Shown here piece by piece: positions 9,696 to 20,000 of a DNA stretch of 64,000 nt (within the stretch, counting starts at the first letter, position 1; the number at the start of each line of letters is the position of its first letter). Position numbers and translations under genes: made by a program. Origin of the DNA: a virus; the IMG/VR virus record IMGVR_UViG_3300025687_007517, positions 1 to 64,000 of that record. The stretch is one strand, 5' to 3'. The notes under the pieces were generated by a model. It saw nothing but the letters and a program-made list of their open reading frames with translations. It had not been told where the DNA came from and did no database searches.

Positions 9696-12600
9696 TTAAA
9701 AGTTAAAATCAGTGATGTTTAGATTGGCAACGGATGATGCTATGTCGCCAGCCGTTTTCGTTGCTCCAAGAGTATCGACCACGTTGCTCTGCTGCGATTG
9801 ACCCTCTGCAACGGGAGTGTCGTCACCAAAAGTGCCGCCAAGAGGTGTCGTTGTTGGTGTGCCAGTTCCACCCTGACCAGAGCCAGGAGCAGGTGTTGGA
9901 GCAGTGGGTCCAGTTGAGCCACCGCCAATCCCTGGCAGCGAGCCAAATGTTCCAGCAGTTTGCTGACCCCCTGTATCATCACCGCCCGGTGCAGCTATGC
10001 CGCCTGCAAAGCCACCTAGACCGCCGCCGCCAATTTGTTGAGCAAAGGCAACATTGACGCCCTCTGGGGCAAAAGCTGCTCCCGGTTGAGGAGTTCCTAC
10101 GCCTTGTGGCGAGCTTAAATCAGTTTGTGATGGACCTGTGGGTGTTGGGAAAACATTTACTCCAGGCTGAATAATTGGATCGGTAAATGCCGCTATTTCA
10201 GTTTGGATACCTTGGCTGAAAATGGGTTGTGTTGGGTTTGATGCAACAATAACGTCGTTAATGTCATTCACTATTGTTTTGGGCATTGCGTACTTTGCGA
10301 TAACATCGTCTGCTGTTAAATCTTTTGCTGACTTAACTGGTAACTCAAACGATAGAGTGTTTTGAACATCGGCAACGGAGTACAAGAAGTATTGGTTGTT
10401 AATCATCGAGAAGGGGAAGAAGTTTGTTTCTTCCTGTGTGTATTCTTTTGAAAGACCAAGGCGACAAAGGAAGTAGCCCTGTTTTGGTTGTGCTTGGCTT
10501 AAAAATCCAAATGTCAATGGCTTCCAAGAATCATTGTCGTAGTATTCTATGCTCGCAATGTTTGTAAAAACAAGCAGAGCGGTTGTGATTTCCAACTGGT
10601 CTAGTGGTCTGTCGCCTGCAATTGCTGCCTTTAAAGAGAACATGAAGTCTGACGAATCTTGTTGAGTTGTTCCAGAAGTTCCAAGGAAGTTGTGTGGCTG
10701 TGGAAGATTTGGAAAGTATTTTTTTAAATCCAAGCCCTTGGTTGAAATAGACACCAATTCTTTTAGTGCTTTTATAAAGTTGCTAACCTTCTCTTGACCC
10801 ACAGTCTCAATCAGCTTATAAACACTTGTTACATCTTCTAAATCTTGGTATTGGGTAATTGTTTCTTTTGGAAACCTCTCTTTGTTAAGACTAAAGATGC
10901 CGTCTGCAAAATACTGATTAAACGATTTATTAGAAAAATCATCACTGGTGGTGAATATTGGCTCGTTAGTTGAATTAACTACGCTTACACCAGAAGCGAG
11001 GAGTCCTTGTAATAGCTTTGAATTGCCCTCGGACTCTTGATAACCCGTTGATTTACCCGTAGAAACACTTAAGCTTAAGCTTGTCATTGAGTTTTTTGTA
11101 GAAGTTACAAAAAAGTTAGCGGGTGACGTAAATGGAACAGTTACTTTATCGTTTGACATCAACAGTGGGCTAAATTTTAAAATGTAATTGCTTATGCTCT
11201 GTGGTGTGAAGCCTGTAAAAAACGCATCTTCTTGAGGGGTTGTACCAAAGTATTTTGCGTATTCAAAAATGAATAGCTCGTTAAGCTGGTCTTGGTCTAG
11301 AACTAGAATTGGGTCATAGCTTTTAGACTTGCTTCTGTTAAAGTAATCAATAACCAGTTTGTCTGACTTGTAGTCTTCTGCTGAAGGTGGCTTGACCGAT
11401 ACTGTTTTAGCCAACTTGTAGGACTTGGTTGCCACAGTACCCTTTTTTGAGTCGTTTTGTTTGGGTTCTAGAGACAAGTCTGGGGCAAGTGAAAAGCTTT
11501 TAATCTGCTCTAGGCTACTAGCTAGTGCGTCTTTCAACACAAAAAATGTTGATGGCAAAATTGTTATTGGATTTATCTTTGATAAAATGTCGGCAAAGAC
11601 CTTTTTCTGTTTGGGGTTTGCTCCCGATACTTGCAAAATGTTAACATACAGGCTTAAAAACGCTTCCTTGGTTTCAGTTATCATATCTTTGTATTCGTTA
11701 AAAAACGCTGTTGTCATTTTGTTCAAGTCGTCATCATAATACCTTGATAGGGTTATTACATTTTCCAAAGCGGAAAACTTTTGTAGTTTGGCTGTTGCCT
11801 CGTGAAAAAAGTTAATTAAATTACTAAACACTTTTGATTCGTAGGTTAGTTTAATCCCATACTCATAAGTGTAGGCTTTGTTGAACTTTTTGTCTTTAAC
11901 CACGAAAAGGGATTTTAAAGTGTTTTCAGTTGAAACGTTGAAAACGCTGATAGTTAAATCTTCTTCGTCCGGTGAGCCAAAAAGGTCGTTAGGTAAATTT
12001 TCTCCTAAAATTTTAGACGTAAAAATCTCTTCTTCTGGAAAATCTTCTGTCTTGTTGTCGTCGATGTTGTTTGAGATTCTTTTTCTTGTAAGGGTAAATG
12101 ATTTGATTTGCCCCTGATAAACGTTGTTTGTGTTCTGGAAGTTAAAAGCACTGCTGTTAAGAAACTTTGTTAAATTGAACTCAAAAGCAAGATTTACAGA
12201 ATTTGCTTCTAGGCAATCCCAATAGAATAGCTCACCAAGCGGCGACTCTAGCTTTTCTAGTTTTAAATCATCAAAGTATCTAGTTGGCGAGGCACTAGCA
12301 AATTTTTGTGCTTCTCCAAATGTTTTAGCATTGATGGCATTTCCCTGTTGGTCAATTGTGTAAAAATCACCTTGATTAAAGTCTAGTTGAAATGCGTCAC
12401 TCTTTGTTGTTCCAACAAAGTTGCTAACCACATTTGGGTCAGTAACAGTCACCAAAGAAAGGTTTGGAGACTCTGTGTCTAGTGGCTGTTTTACAATTTG
12501 TATGGTTGGGTCGGTATTAACTTTAAAAGGACCAGCCCAAATTTCTTGATTTTCGGTTTGTAGAGCTTGAAAGGTGAAATTAACAATACCACCCTTTGCT

Positions 12601-13112
12601 ATTGTAAAAGGCAGGGAGTAAGAGATTTGCCCTTTGAAACTTCCAAACGGGGCGTTTGAAAAATCTGCAATAACCTCAATCAATCCATATAGGTCCGTTA
12701 ATCTGTCAGTAAGATTTGGCAAAGAAACACCATAATCGTATCTATTAAATTCTATACCCTCTGTTTGAAAAGGCTTGACAAAATCAGTTGAGAAGGGCAG
12801 GCTTGTTGCATTAGTACCAAAAACTGTCTTCAATGGCTTTGTGGATTCAATAAATACCCCTTGCTTTTTTATACCTGGGGTGACACTAAGGATCTTCTCA
12901 ACAACAGAAAAGTTTGCAAAGGAATGCACGGTTGTTGTTAGAACTGACTTGTAGGAATCAAAGATGCCTTTCCCGCCTTGCAGCGGCTCAAAGAAAGACC
13001 AGTTTATTTCTGCTGAAATCTTATCTTTGTCGTCTAACAAAATTGATGTAATAACAGGAAAAGGAATCTTCTGTTTGGTCAATGAGTTTATGTCAAAATC
13101 TTCAAAATTCAT
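9696..13112 (-). CDS. Large hypothetical (probably structural) protein with G/P/T/Q-rich C-terminal tail
   Basis: 1138 aa ORF in the structural cluster; the last ~170 aa are low complexity. Confidence 0.55.
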   Translation of the reverse strand: MNFEDFDINSLTKQKIPFPVITSILLDDKDKISAEINWSFFEPLQGGKGIFDSYKSVLTTTVHSFANFSVVEKILSVTPGIKKQGVFIESTKPLKTVFGTNATSLPFSTDFVKPFQTEGIEFNRYDYGVSLPNLTDRLTDLYGLIEVIADFSNAPFGSFKGQISYSLPFTIAKGGIVNFTFQALQTENQEIWAGPFKVNTDPTIQIVKQPLDTESPNLSLVTVTDPNVVSNFVGTTKSDAFQLDFNQGDFYTIDQQGNAINAKTFGEAQKFASASPTRYFDDLKLEKLESPLGELFYWDCLEANSVNLAFEFNLTKFLNSSAFNFQNTNNVYQGQIKSFTLTRKRISNNIDDNKTEDFPEEEIFTSKILGENLPNDLFGSPDEEDLTISVFNVSTENTLKSLFVVKDKKFNKAYTYEYGIKLTYESKVFSNLINFFHEATAKLQKFSALENVITLSRYYDDDLNKMTTAFFNEYKDMITETKEAFLSLYVNILQVSGANPKQKKVFADILSKINPITILPSTFFVLKDALASSLEQIKSFSLAPDLSLEPKQNDSKKGTVATKSYKLAKTVSVKPPSAEDYKSDKLVIDYFNRSKSKSYDPILVLDQDQLNELFIFEYAKYFGTTPQEDAFFTGFTPQSISNYILKFSPLLMSNDKVTVPFTSPANFFVTSTKNSMTSLSLSVSTGKSTGYQESEGNSKLLQGLLASGVSVVNSTNEPIFTTSDDFSNKSFNQYFADGIFSLNKERFPKETITQYQDLEDVTSVYKLIETVGQEKVSNFIKALKELVSISTKGLDLKKYFPNLPQPHNFLGTSGTTQQDSSDFMFSLKAAIAGDRPLDQLEITTALLVFTNIASIEYYDNDSWKPLTFGFLSQAQPKQGYFLCRLGLSKEYTQEETNFFPFSMINNQYFLYSVADVQNTLSFELPVKSAKDLTADDVIAKYAMPKTIVNDINDVIVASNPTQPIFSQGIQTEIAAFTDPIIQPGVNVFPTPTGPSQTDLSSPQGVGTPQPGAAFAPEGVNVAFAQQIGGGGLGGFAGGIAAPGGDDTGGQQTAGTFGSLPGIGGGSTGPTAPTPAPGSGQGGTGTPTTTPLGGTFGDDTPVAEGQSQQSNVVDTLGATKTAGDIASSVANLNITDFNF

Positions 13113-14032
13113 TAGCAGAAGTCCTCTTCAATCTCGGGCAAATTATCGTACAAGCCATCGGCAAAGCTAAATCCACCTGTGTCTGTAAATACCAGGGAGT
13201 CTTCATTATCAAACTCAATCACACTCATTAGTGATGGGATTATTGCACTACCTTCTTCAATCGCGCCTGCTGTGTATTGTAGCTGTGTGACAAAGCCTTT
13301 TAAGTCTATTGCGTAACCATTTACTGTTACAGTTTTATTTTTCTTGACTGCGTAAAACTCTATCTCAAAACTGTCTTTTTGTTGAACCGCGTTCTCTTCT
13401 ACAACCAGACCGATTGTTTTTCCTCTTTTTAGTTTTAATCCTGTGCCGTCTTCAAATGTGGCAAGGAGTTTTGTGTTCTCATCGATGCCCAACTCAGGAG
13501 CGGAAATTTGCTCTAAATCGTCAGAGCCCACAGCAGTAGCGAGCGCTGCCAATTCTTCTGACAGTTTCTCTGCGATTAAAAATGTGTTCATCTCAAAGTT
13601 TAATTGGGGAACAAAGTGGTTAATGCCAGAAATATTTTTTATTGACTCAGAAGAAGATAGCTCGTTTTGCAAACAAAAGAAGGTGTATTTTGGAGCAGTT
13701 TGGTCTCCAAGAGAGGAGTCTGATAGTCCCAGACTAGATTCAAACAAATCCTCTTCTATCTCTGCCTTTTTGCCAAGTGGGTTTATCTTTGGATTGCTAA
13801 CACTTATTTTTGAAATATTGGTTAGAAATGAGGACTTTGGTGTCTCGCTGACAATTCTATCTTCAGAGTCGTTCTGGGCTTCTGAGTAATTTGCTTTATT
13901 AGTATCGTATAAGATATCGTCATCTACAAAAGCATATGAATCGGGTAAAAACAAACCTTTAGCAATTTGTTGCTGTCCATATTTTGTGAGGACGAGTTCA
14001 ATAACTTGTTCTTTTTGGTCTAGAAAGCTCAT
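13112..14032 (-). CDS. Virion structural protein
   Basis: N-terminal IELVLTKYGQQQIAKG...YAFVDDDILYD is paralogous to the N-terminus of 5855..6796. Confidence 0.55.
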   Translation of the reverse strand: MSFLDQKEQVIELVLTKYGQQQIAKGLFLPDSYAFVDDDILYDTNKANYSEAQNDSEDRIVSETPKSSFLTNISKISVSNPKINPLGKKAEIEEDLFESSLGLSDSSLGDQTAPKYTFFCLQNELSSSESIKNISGINHFVPQLNFEMNTFLIAEKLSEELAALATAVGSDDLEQISAPELGIDENTKLLATFEDGTGLKLKRGKTIGLVVEENAVQQKDSFEIEFYAVKKNKTVTVNGYAIDLKGFVTQLQYTAGAIEEGSAIIPSLMSVIEFDNEDSLVFTDTGGFSFADGLYDNLPEIEEDFC

Positions 14033-14038
14033 GTATCT

Positions 14039-14045
14039 TAAATAG
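14039..14045 (-). promoter_or_regulatory. Candidate phage late promoter CTATTTA
   Basis: 6 nt upstream of the ATG at 14032, in a 15 nt intergenic gap. Confidence 0.5.
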
Positions 14046-14047
14046 AA

Positions 14048-17000
14048 TTATGTCTCTGTTTTATCAACGAAATCAACTTCGGCAGTAACTTTAGCTGTTT
14101 CAATAACGGAACAGAAATCATAAGGATAGTTGTAGGTAAAGTCCTCTGTCGTGTATTTTGTGCCCTTAAAGCTTGGAGCGGCGTCAAAAGCGAAGTCTGT
14201 TTTTAATGGGTTATCAACCGTCATAGCAAAATAGTTGCCCTTTGCGCGCTTCTTGACTTTGAAGATGTGCCATTTTATTGGGTAGCGATTCCAGTTTGTA
14301 AACATTTCGGTATTTTCAATATCAAACTCTACATACTCGGACTGCACGTCAAATTGTTGTAAGAGGCTTGGTCCTAAATTTTGCCAGTATTTCTCAATAT
14401 CTTTTTCTGTAAGCGTCACGGAGAACTCTTTTATTAACATACCAAGAGGTAAGATTCCCAGGTTCTTTTTAAAATCAAAACGAGGTGGGAAGACATACTT
14501 GTCTAGCAATTTATCAAGCTCTGACCATTCGTTTGGTTCGTTTTTAATTTTTGATTGCTCAACAAGGAAATTAAATTTATCTCTGGGAATATTAAAGAAT
14601 TGTCTGTCGCCATTTGGCAGTATCTTATATGGAATACAAACAAGCGCCTCTTCAATATCTGTTTTCTTTGAGGGTTTGCCTAGTTCAATAGTATCTGGGA
14701 AGCCAAGAAAATCTTTTAAACTCTCTTGACCGGCACGGTCTTTGAAAGAGATTTGGAACTGCACATTACTGCCTGGAATTTCTAAATAATCTTTCCACAA
14801 AAAGCCGTCACCAACCAAAAATGGTGTTTCCCATTTTGGCTGAACTGCCCAGACATTTTTGTTTGTTCCTAGAGGGTCAATTACTTTGATTGGCAGACCT
14901 GTTTTTGGATCGACTTCTGATTGCTTAACCTCGGCTTGACCAAGAAAGTTAATTGACTCACTGAGATTAGAAACGTTGTTTGTAATAAAAGACGTAAATT
15001 CAATATTTTCATAAACAGAGTTCCCAAAGGTTGCTGTTACTTGGTTTTGTATTTCTGAAATGGTGTATTTTATTGTTTCTTGTGGAGACCACTCCAAGAA
15101 AATTGATGACGAACCAAACGCCCAGCCAGGAGCCCAAAGCCTGTCCGTTGGGTCGTCTAAATCGCTGCCTGGGCGACCAGAGCCGGAAACAACCGGACCC
15201 CAACCGTCTAGTGTCGTATCAAATCTCCAAGGAACGTAATTAGAATTAATAGAACTGGTAGAGATACTAAGTGCAATTTCAACACCATAAGTCCTGGTTT
15301 TATATGCAACGGGCAAGTCCTTTTCTTCTTTTGAGTAAGCGGTTGTTAATGTGTTATCCTCTAGACAAAATTCAATTGTACTTGCCAAAAAGTTTGACAT
15401 TGCCAATTGTGGCTGTGGTGGTAAAGTGTTTGAGAAAGAAGCTGTAGAATCCATAGACATGCTGGCGTGTGTGTACATATCCACAATACGACCGGCTTCT
15501 TTTATTTTATCGTAAGTTAAAAGCTCTTCAAACGGAATTCTAACAAAAGAACCTGTTGCATCACCAATTAAAATTTGTGATTTGTAATCAGTGTTAGCTA
15601 TTCCGGTTTCTATAGAGCCTGTAAAAATGCCATAAGGCATTGCAATAGCTGCCTTGATTGAGTTAAATAAAATCCCAGGCATAAACAGGGGCTGCATCAT
15701 TGTTCTAAATGTTGGTTCGTTGCCAGTTAGTGCAACAGAATCTGAATATGAGCTTGAAAAAATCTGTGCCAATTGCACTGTTCTTTCAGCGGGGTAAAAC
15801 CCTTTGTAGGGCAATAGCTTTGTTATTGCATCAATTTTTAATCTAAATTTAGATGGTACTTTATTTGGAGCCATCTTGTCAGAAAAATCTTTATAATTTA
15901 AAGCTAGATCTCCATCAAAAAATCTAAAGATATTCTCTGTTGCAGCGGAAGAACCTGTAATCTCCAGAGAGTTAACCGCTTCGCTTTCTAGGCTGTTGCC
16001 ACCAGAGTAAATTGCATCAATATGCTCAGAAATTCTATATTCTGGTACAAGACTGTGGTCTTTGCCGACCACTTTTACAAACTCTGAGAATAGTAGGTGG
16101 TTATCATAATAAGCAGGGTTTCTTGTCTCTGTGGCAGCAGACCAATCTTCGTAAAAGCTTATGTTAAACGTGTCGCTGAGAACTTCTTGATATGGCATCT
16201 CTAGTAGCGGTCCATAAACGTGAGATGGAAAATCGCCAATGCCGGGGTCATCAAAACTCGCAGTTACATCGCCAGATGGAACATTTACGATAAACCTATT
16301 CAAAACATTTTTCGGGTCTCTTAAAATACCGTATGATACATTGTCTGCTGCCACTTGGTCATAGCTTGCAGTTGGGCTTGATGATGTTGGCAATGGGTCA
16401 CTTCTGAGATTTACATATTTTTTACCCGATAGTGACTGGGTTAAATTTGATAAATTAAGTCTGGCTGCACGGTTGGTGGACGTGTCGTTAAATTTTGTTG
16501 TATCAAGCGGTGAAACAGATGGACCAACTTGATCACCCAGGGCAATAGACGCAGTTGCATCTGGACCTGCATACAATAAATTAAATCCCATTTCATTCGC
16601 GGTGGTTCTGACTGTATTATCCTTAAACGTTTCTGTTGTTGGGGTATCATCGTATAGCCTAATCAAAGAACGGTCTTCTCTTGAACTTCTCCAAGTTTGT
16701 ATAAACTCACCTCTCAAAAGAGAATTTTTTAAGTAACTGTATCTCTGTAGTGGGAATATTTGGTGTGAATATTTTGAAAACAGAATATCACCCTCAGTTA
16801 GAACGTTTTGGTAAGGCAAATTGTAAAAATCATAAAACTTGTCAAAAGAAGATTTGTTCGTTTGCTGTGCTTGTGATAAAACAACATCACTAATCTTTTT
16901 ATCAAAAAGATACTGCTTTTCTGAATTGTGGCTAATAGCGAACAAGGTAGAATTCTTTACACTATCGTCTGTAAGGTCGGCAGCTATCAAAACTGGGTTA

Positions 17001-20000
17001 TAATTTGCCAAAGCTGGTTCAACTGCAACTAATCGAGTGCCGTCTTTGGCTGTTAGGACTCCACTCTCTTTTACAGATTCAATTCTATCTAGCTTTTGTG
17101 AGTAGATGTTATTTTTCTTTAGGTGTCTGGTAATTGGGTTTCTTTCACTTCTAATCTGTCTCCAAGTGTTCCAACCCGATGGACCATTTCCTACAACATT
17201 TAAGAAGTAAATGTCGATGTTGTCAGCCAATGATGCAACCGAGGTGTAATTAGCTGGTGCAGTAACCAAGAAGTCGCCGTCTAAATCATAGTGATAACCA
17301 CCGTAAATTGAAAACTCCCCTGGTGTGACATAACCTGCAAAGTTGATTTCATAGTCTGTTGAGGCTTCAAAATCTCTCAATGTAGAAGTAAAGAAGCTAA
17401 TATCACTAGAGCTTGACGCAAACCCTACCAACGCTACGAGGTTACTAGAAGTTGGAGCAGCGTAGCTAATCCAAGAATAACCAAAATCTCTAGCTGGTAT
17501 ATTATTTGTAATAAATCCGTTATCAAACACTGATGCTGTAAAAGTGTTTTCCCCAGAAGAGTATTCTATTTGTTTTCTGCCATTTCTTTGAACCTTGTGA
17601 ATTGATGCCGACAAGTCGTTTGAGCCTGACTCAAATCCCCCAAAGGATGATGGAATCGTTAATAGACTTTGAAACGCTTGTCTTACAATTAGATTTCTAT
17701 TGTTTAATTCGTTATAAACAGAAAACTCTCTGTTGATTGGGTCTAGACCGCCACCGTTTGTCTCTGGACCGCCTGGGGCATTAAACCTAGTGACAATTAC
17801 AGAATCGCTGTTAGCACCAGTAAATATACTGTAATCAATAACACCACTAACATAAGGACTATCAAGCGTATCAGATAAACCTAGTGCATCAGCTTTTTTA
17901 AAGTTGTTAAAGCTTTTACCCGCAGTTTGTACCACTTCGTAGTTAAAGGCAAAGTTGCCAAGGGCAGAGCCCGTTGTCTTAATGTTCTTGATGTTAACGG
18001 GGGCTCTAACGGGCGGGTCTTGATAAAACTGGTCTACAGGCGCATCGTAACCCTCTTGTCTTCTCACGTTTTCCAAGGACATGGAGTTCGCATTGGTTAG
18101 ATTAAATCTAAATCTTTCTGGTCTGTCGCCTGTATCTGTCAAGCGCACCTTTCTCGATTTAAAGCCGCCAACGCGCTGAGAAGTGAAAGTGCCCTGAAGT
18201 GGCTGCTCTGAATCGGGACCAAAAACATCGTGATGAATGTTCGTTATGATATGGCTTGGATTGTTGTCGTTGTATGTATTTGAAACATAACTATCCGTCG
18301 ATACGGATTGGGAGACTAAGTTTCCTGGGACTACTAAATCAAATTTATAGTCTTCTCCGTCAGCTTGGGCTTGGGCTGCGAGTTTTCTTTTGTCCACCAA
18401 ATCGAGGTCATCATCACAATCTTTAGGAGTTTTTACCCCAGAGCTTGGTATTTGAATGTCGCTAAAGTTGGTGCCGCCGGTTGTTTTGAATAATACACCC
18501 TTGTAGAAATCCAGCTTTTTATTATCAGTAAAGTTAATACCACCGTGAAGGCTTTTTGATTTACTAATTTTTTCAGTAATTGGTGACGTTTGTTTTCTTG
18601 CCTGGGTTTGGTTTACAACTTGGCGAATTGTTTCTCTTGCTTCAAGGGTTCCAGTTGGAAGAGTTGAATCAAAAGTATCGTTGTTTCTCTCTGCGCGGTA
18701 TTTCCACCACAAACAATTGTCTCTTTCTTCGCCACTCAAAGGTTTGTGGAAAAATTTCCACTCAAATGGGAGATTTGAGCCGGTGGCAGTGCCTTCCAAA
18801 TCCGGTGTCTTAAACTCAATTGTTGGGAGTTTGTGTTGATATTTGTTTCGCTCTAGAACGTGGCTCTCGATAACATTGTAAATTTGGTCTGAGCCGTTCA
18901 AAGAAGCTGGTAACAGGTTAATTAAAATTTCATTTATCGAGTTGTCAAGCCACTTGTAATATTCAAAGAAAGAAGCGATGGTTCTTTTTGTCTGAACTGT
19001 TGAAAAGTATCTTGTGCCTAGCTTTTTTAACTCCTTGTATTCCATCCTGTATTTGTTTACTGGGTCTCCAATTAGTTCATTGAAGCCATCGATAGATGAG
19101 AAGAAAGAAAGTATGTCTTGGTCTATGGCGTATTGTAGGCTTTTTTCTATAGTAAAGTATGCGAGCTTCGCCTTTAGAATACTCTTGGTTGCCTTATCGT
19201 CTTCAGTTAAAATGTTGACACCAGTTAAATCACCAAAATTTTCTGGGTTTGTGTTTTTGCCCACTGTAAAGTATCTTGTTTCAAAAACATTTGTAGAAGA
19301 TGGGTCAAACTCTTTACCACCAAACTGATACAAGCCTCCTAGCACGGTGTCCAAGTAACTATTTCCAACGGTTTTATATGAACCGGAAGACAAATCTGGT
19401 AAAGAAAATTCCCCACTAGCGTCTGAAGTTGATAATAAATCCGTGCCAACGTTTAAAACAAGAGAGTTGATTTTTGGAACGTATGAGCCGCTAAATTGAC
19501 TAGCGAGTGGTAAAAAGTTCTTGTATGGTTCGGTTCTACCAAAGTTTCTTGGGTCTTTTGCATGGCTGATTAGCTCGTTGTTATCCAAATCATCCAGCCA
19601 AACTCTAAAGAACCCAACATTAACATCTGAGTTGAGTACCACTGAACCAGTTAAATTGTCTCTCAAGGCTCCGTAAAATGGCTTTCTATTTTGTGAAAGC
19701 ATCTTTATGCCGCGATCAGAGTGTATAGAAGCAGTCAAATTAAACGAATTTAAAACAATTTGGTCTTCTGTATTGTATCCTCTAAAGTTAACAACATAAG
19801 AGTTTGCCCCAGTTTGTAAAGAATTATTTAGGTCAGCTAATCCATAACCAACGGGCTTAATAGTAACCGCTAGGTTCCAAGACTCGTTGTCATAGGAGTC
19901 GTCAAAAAATTCTGTTTCTAATTCAGGTAATGTGTAGTCGCCTGTCATTGAAGCGTTTGAGGAAGTTAAAACAAATTTTACCTTTTTGTCTATTAAATTG

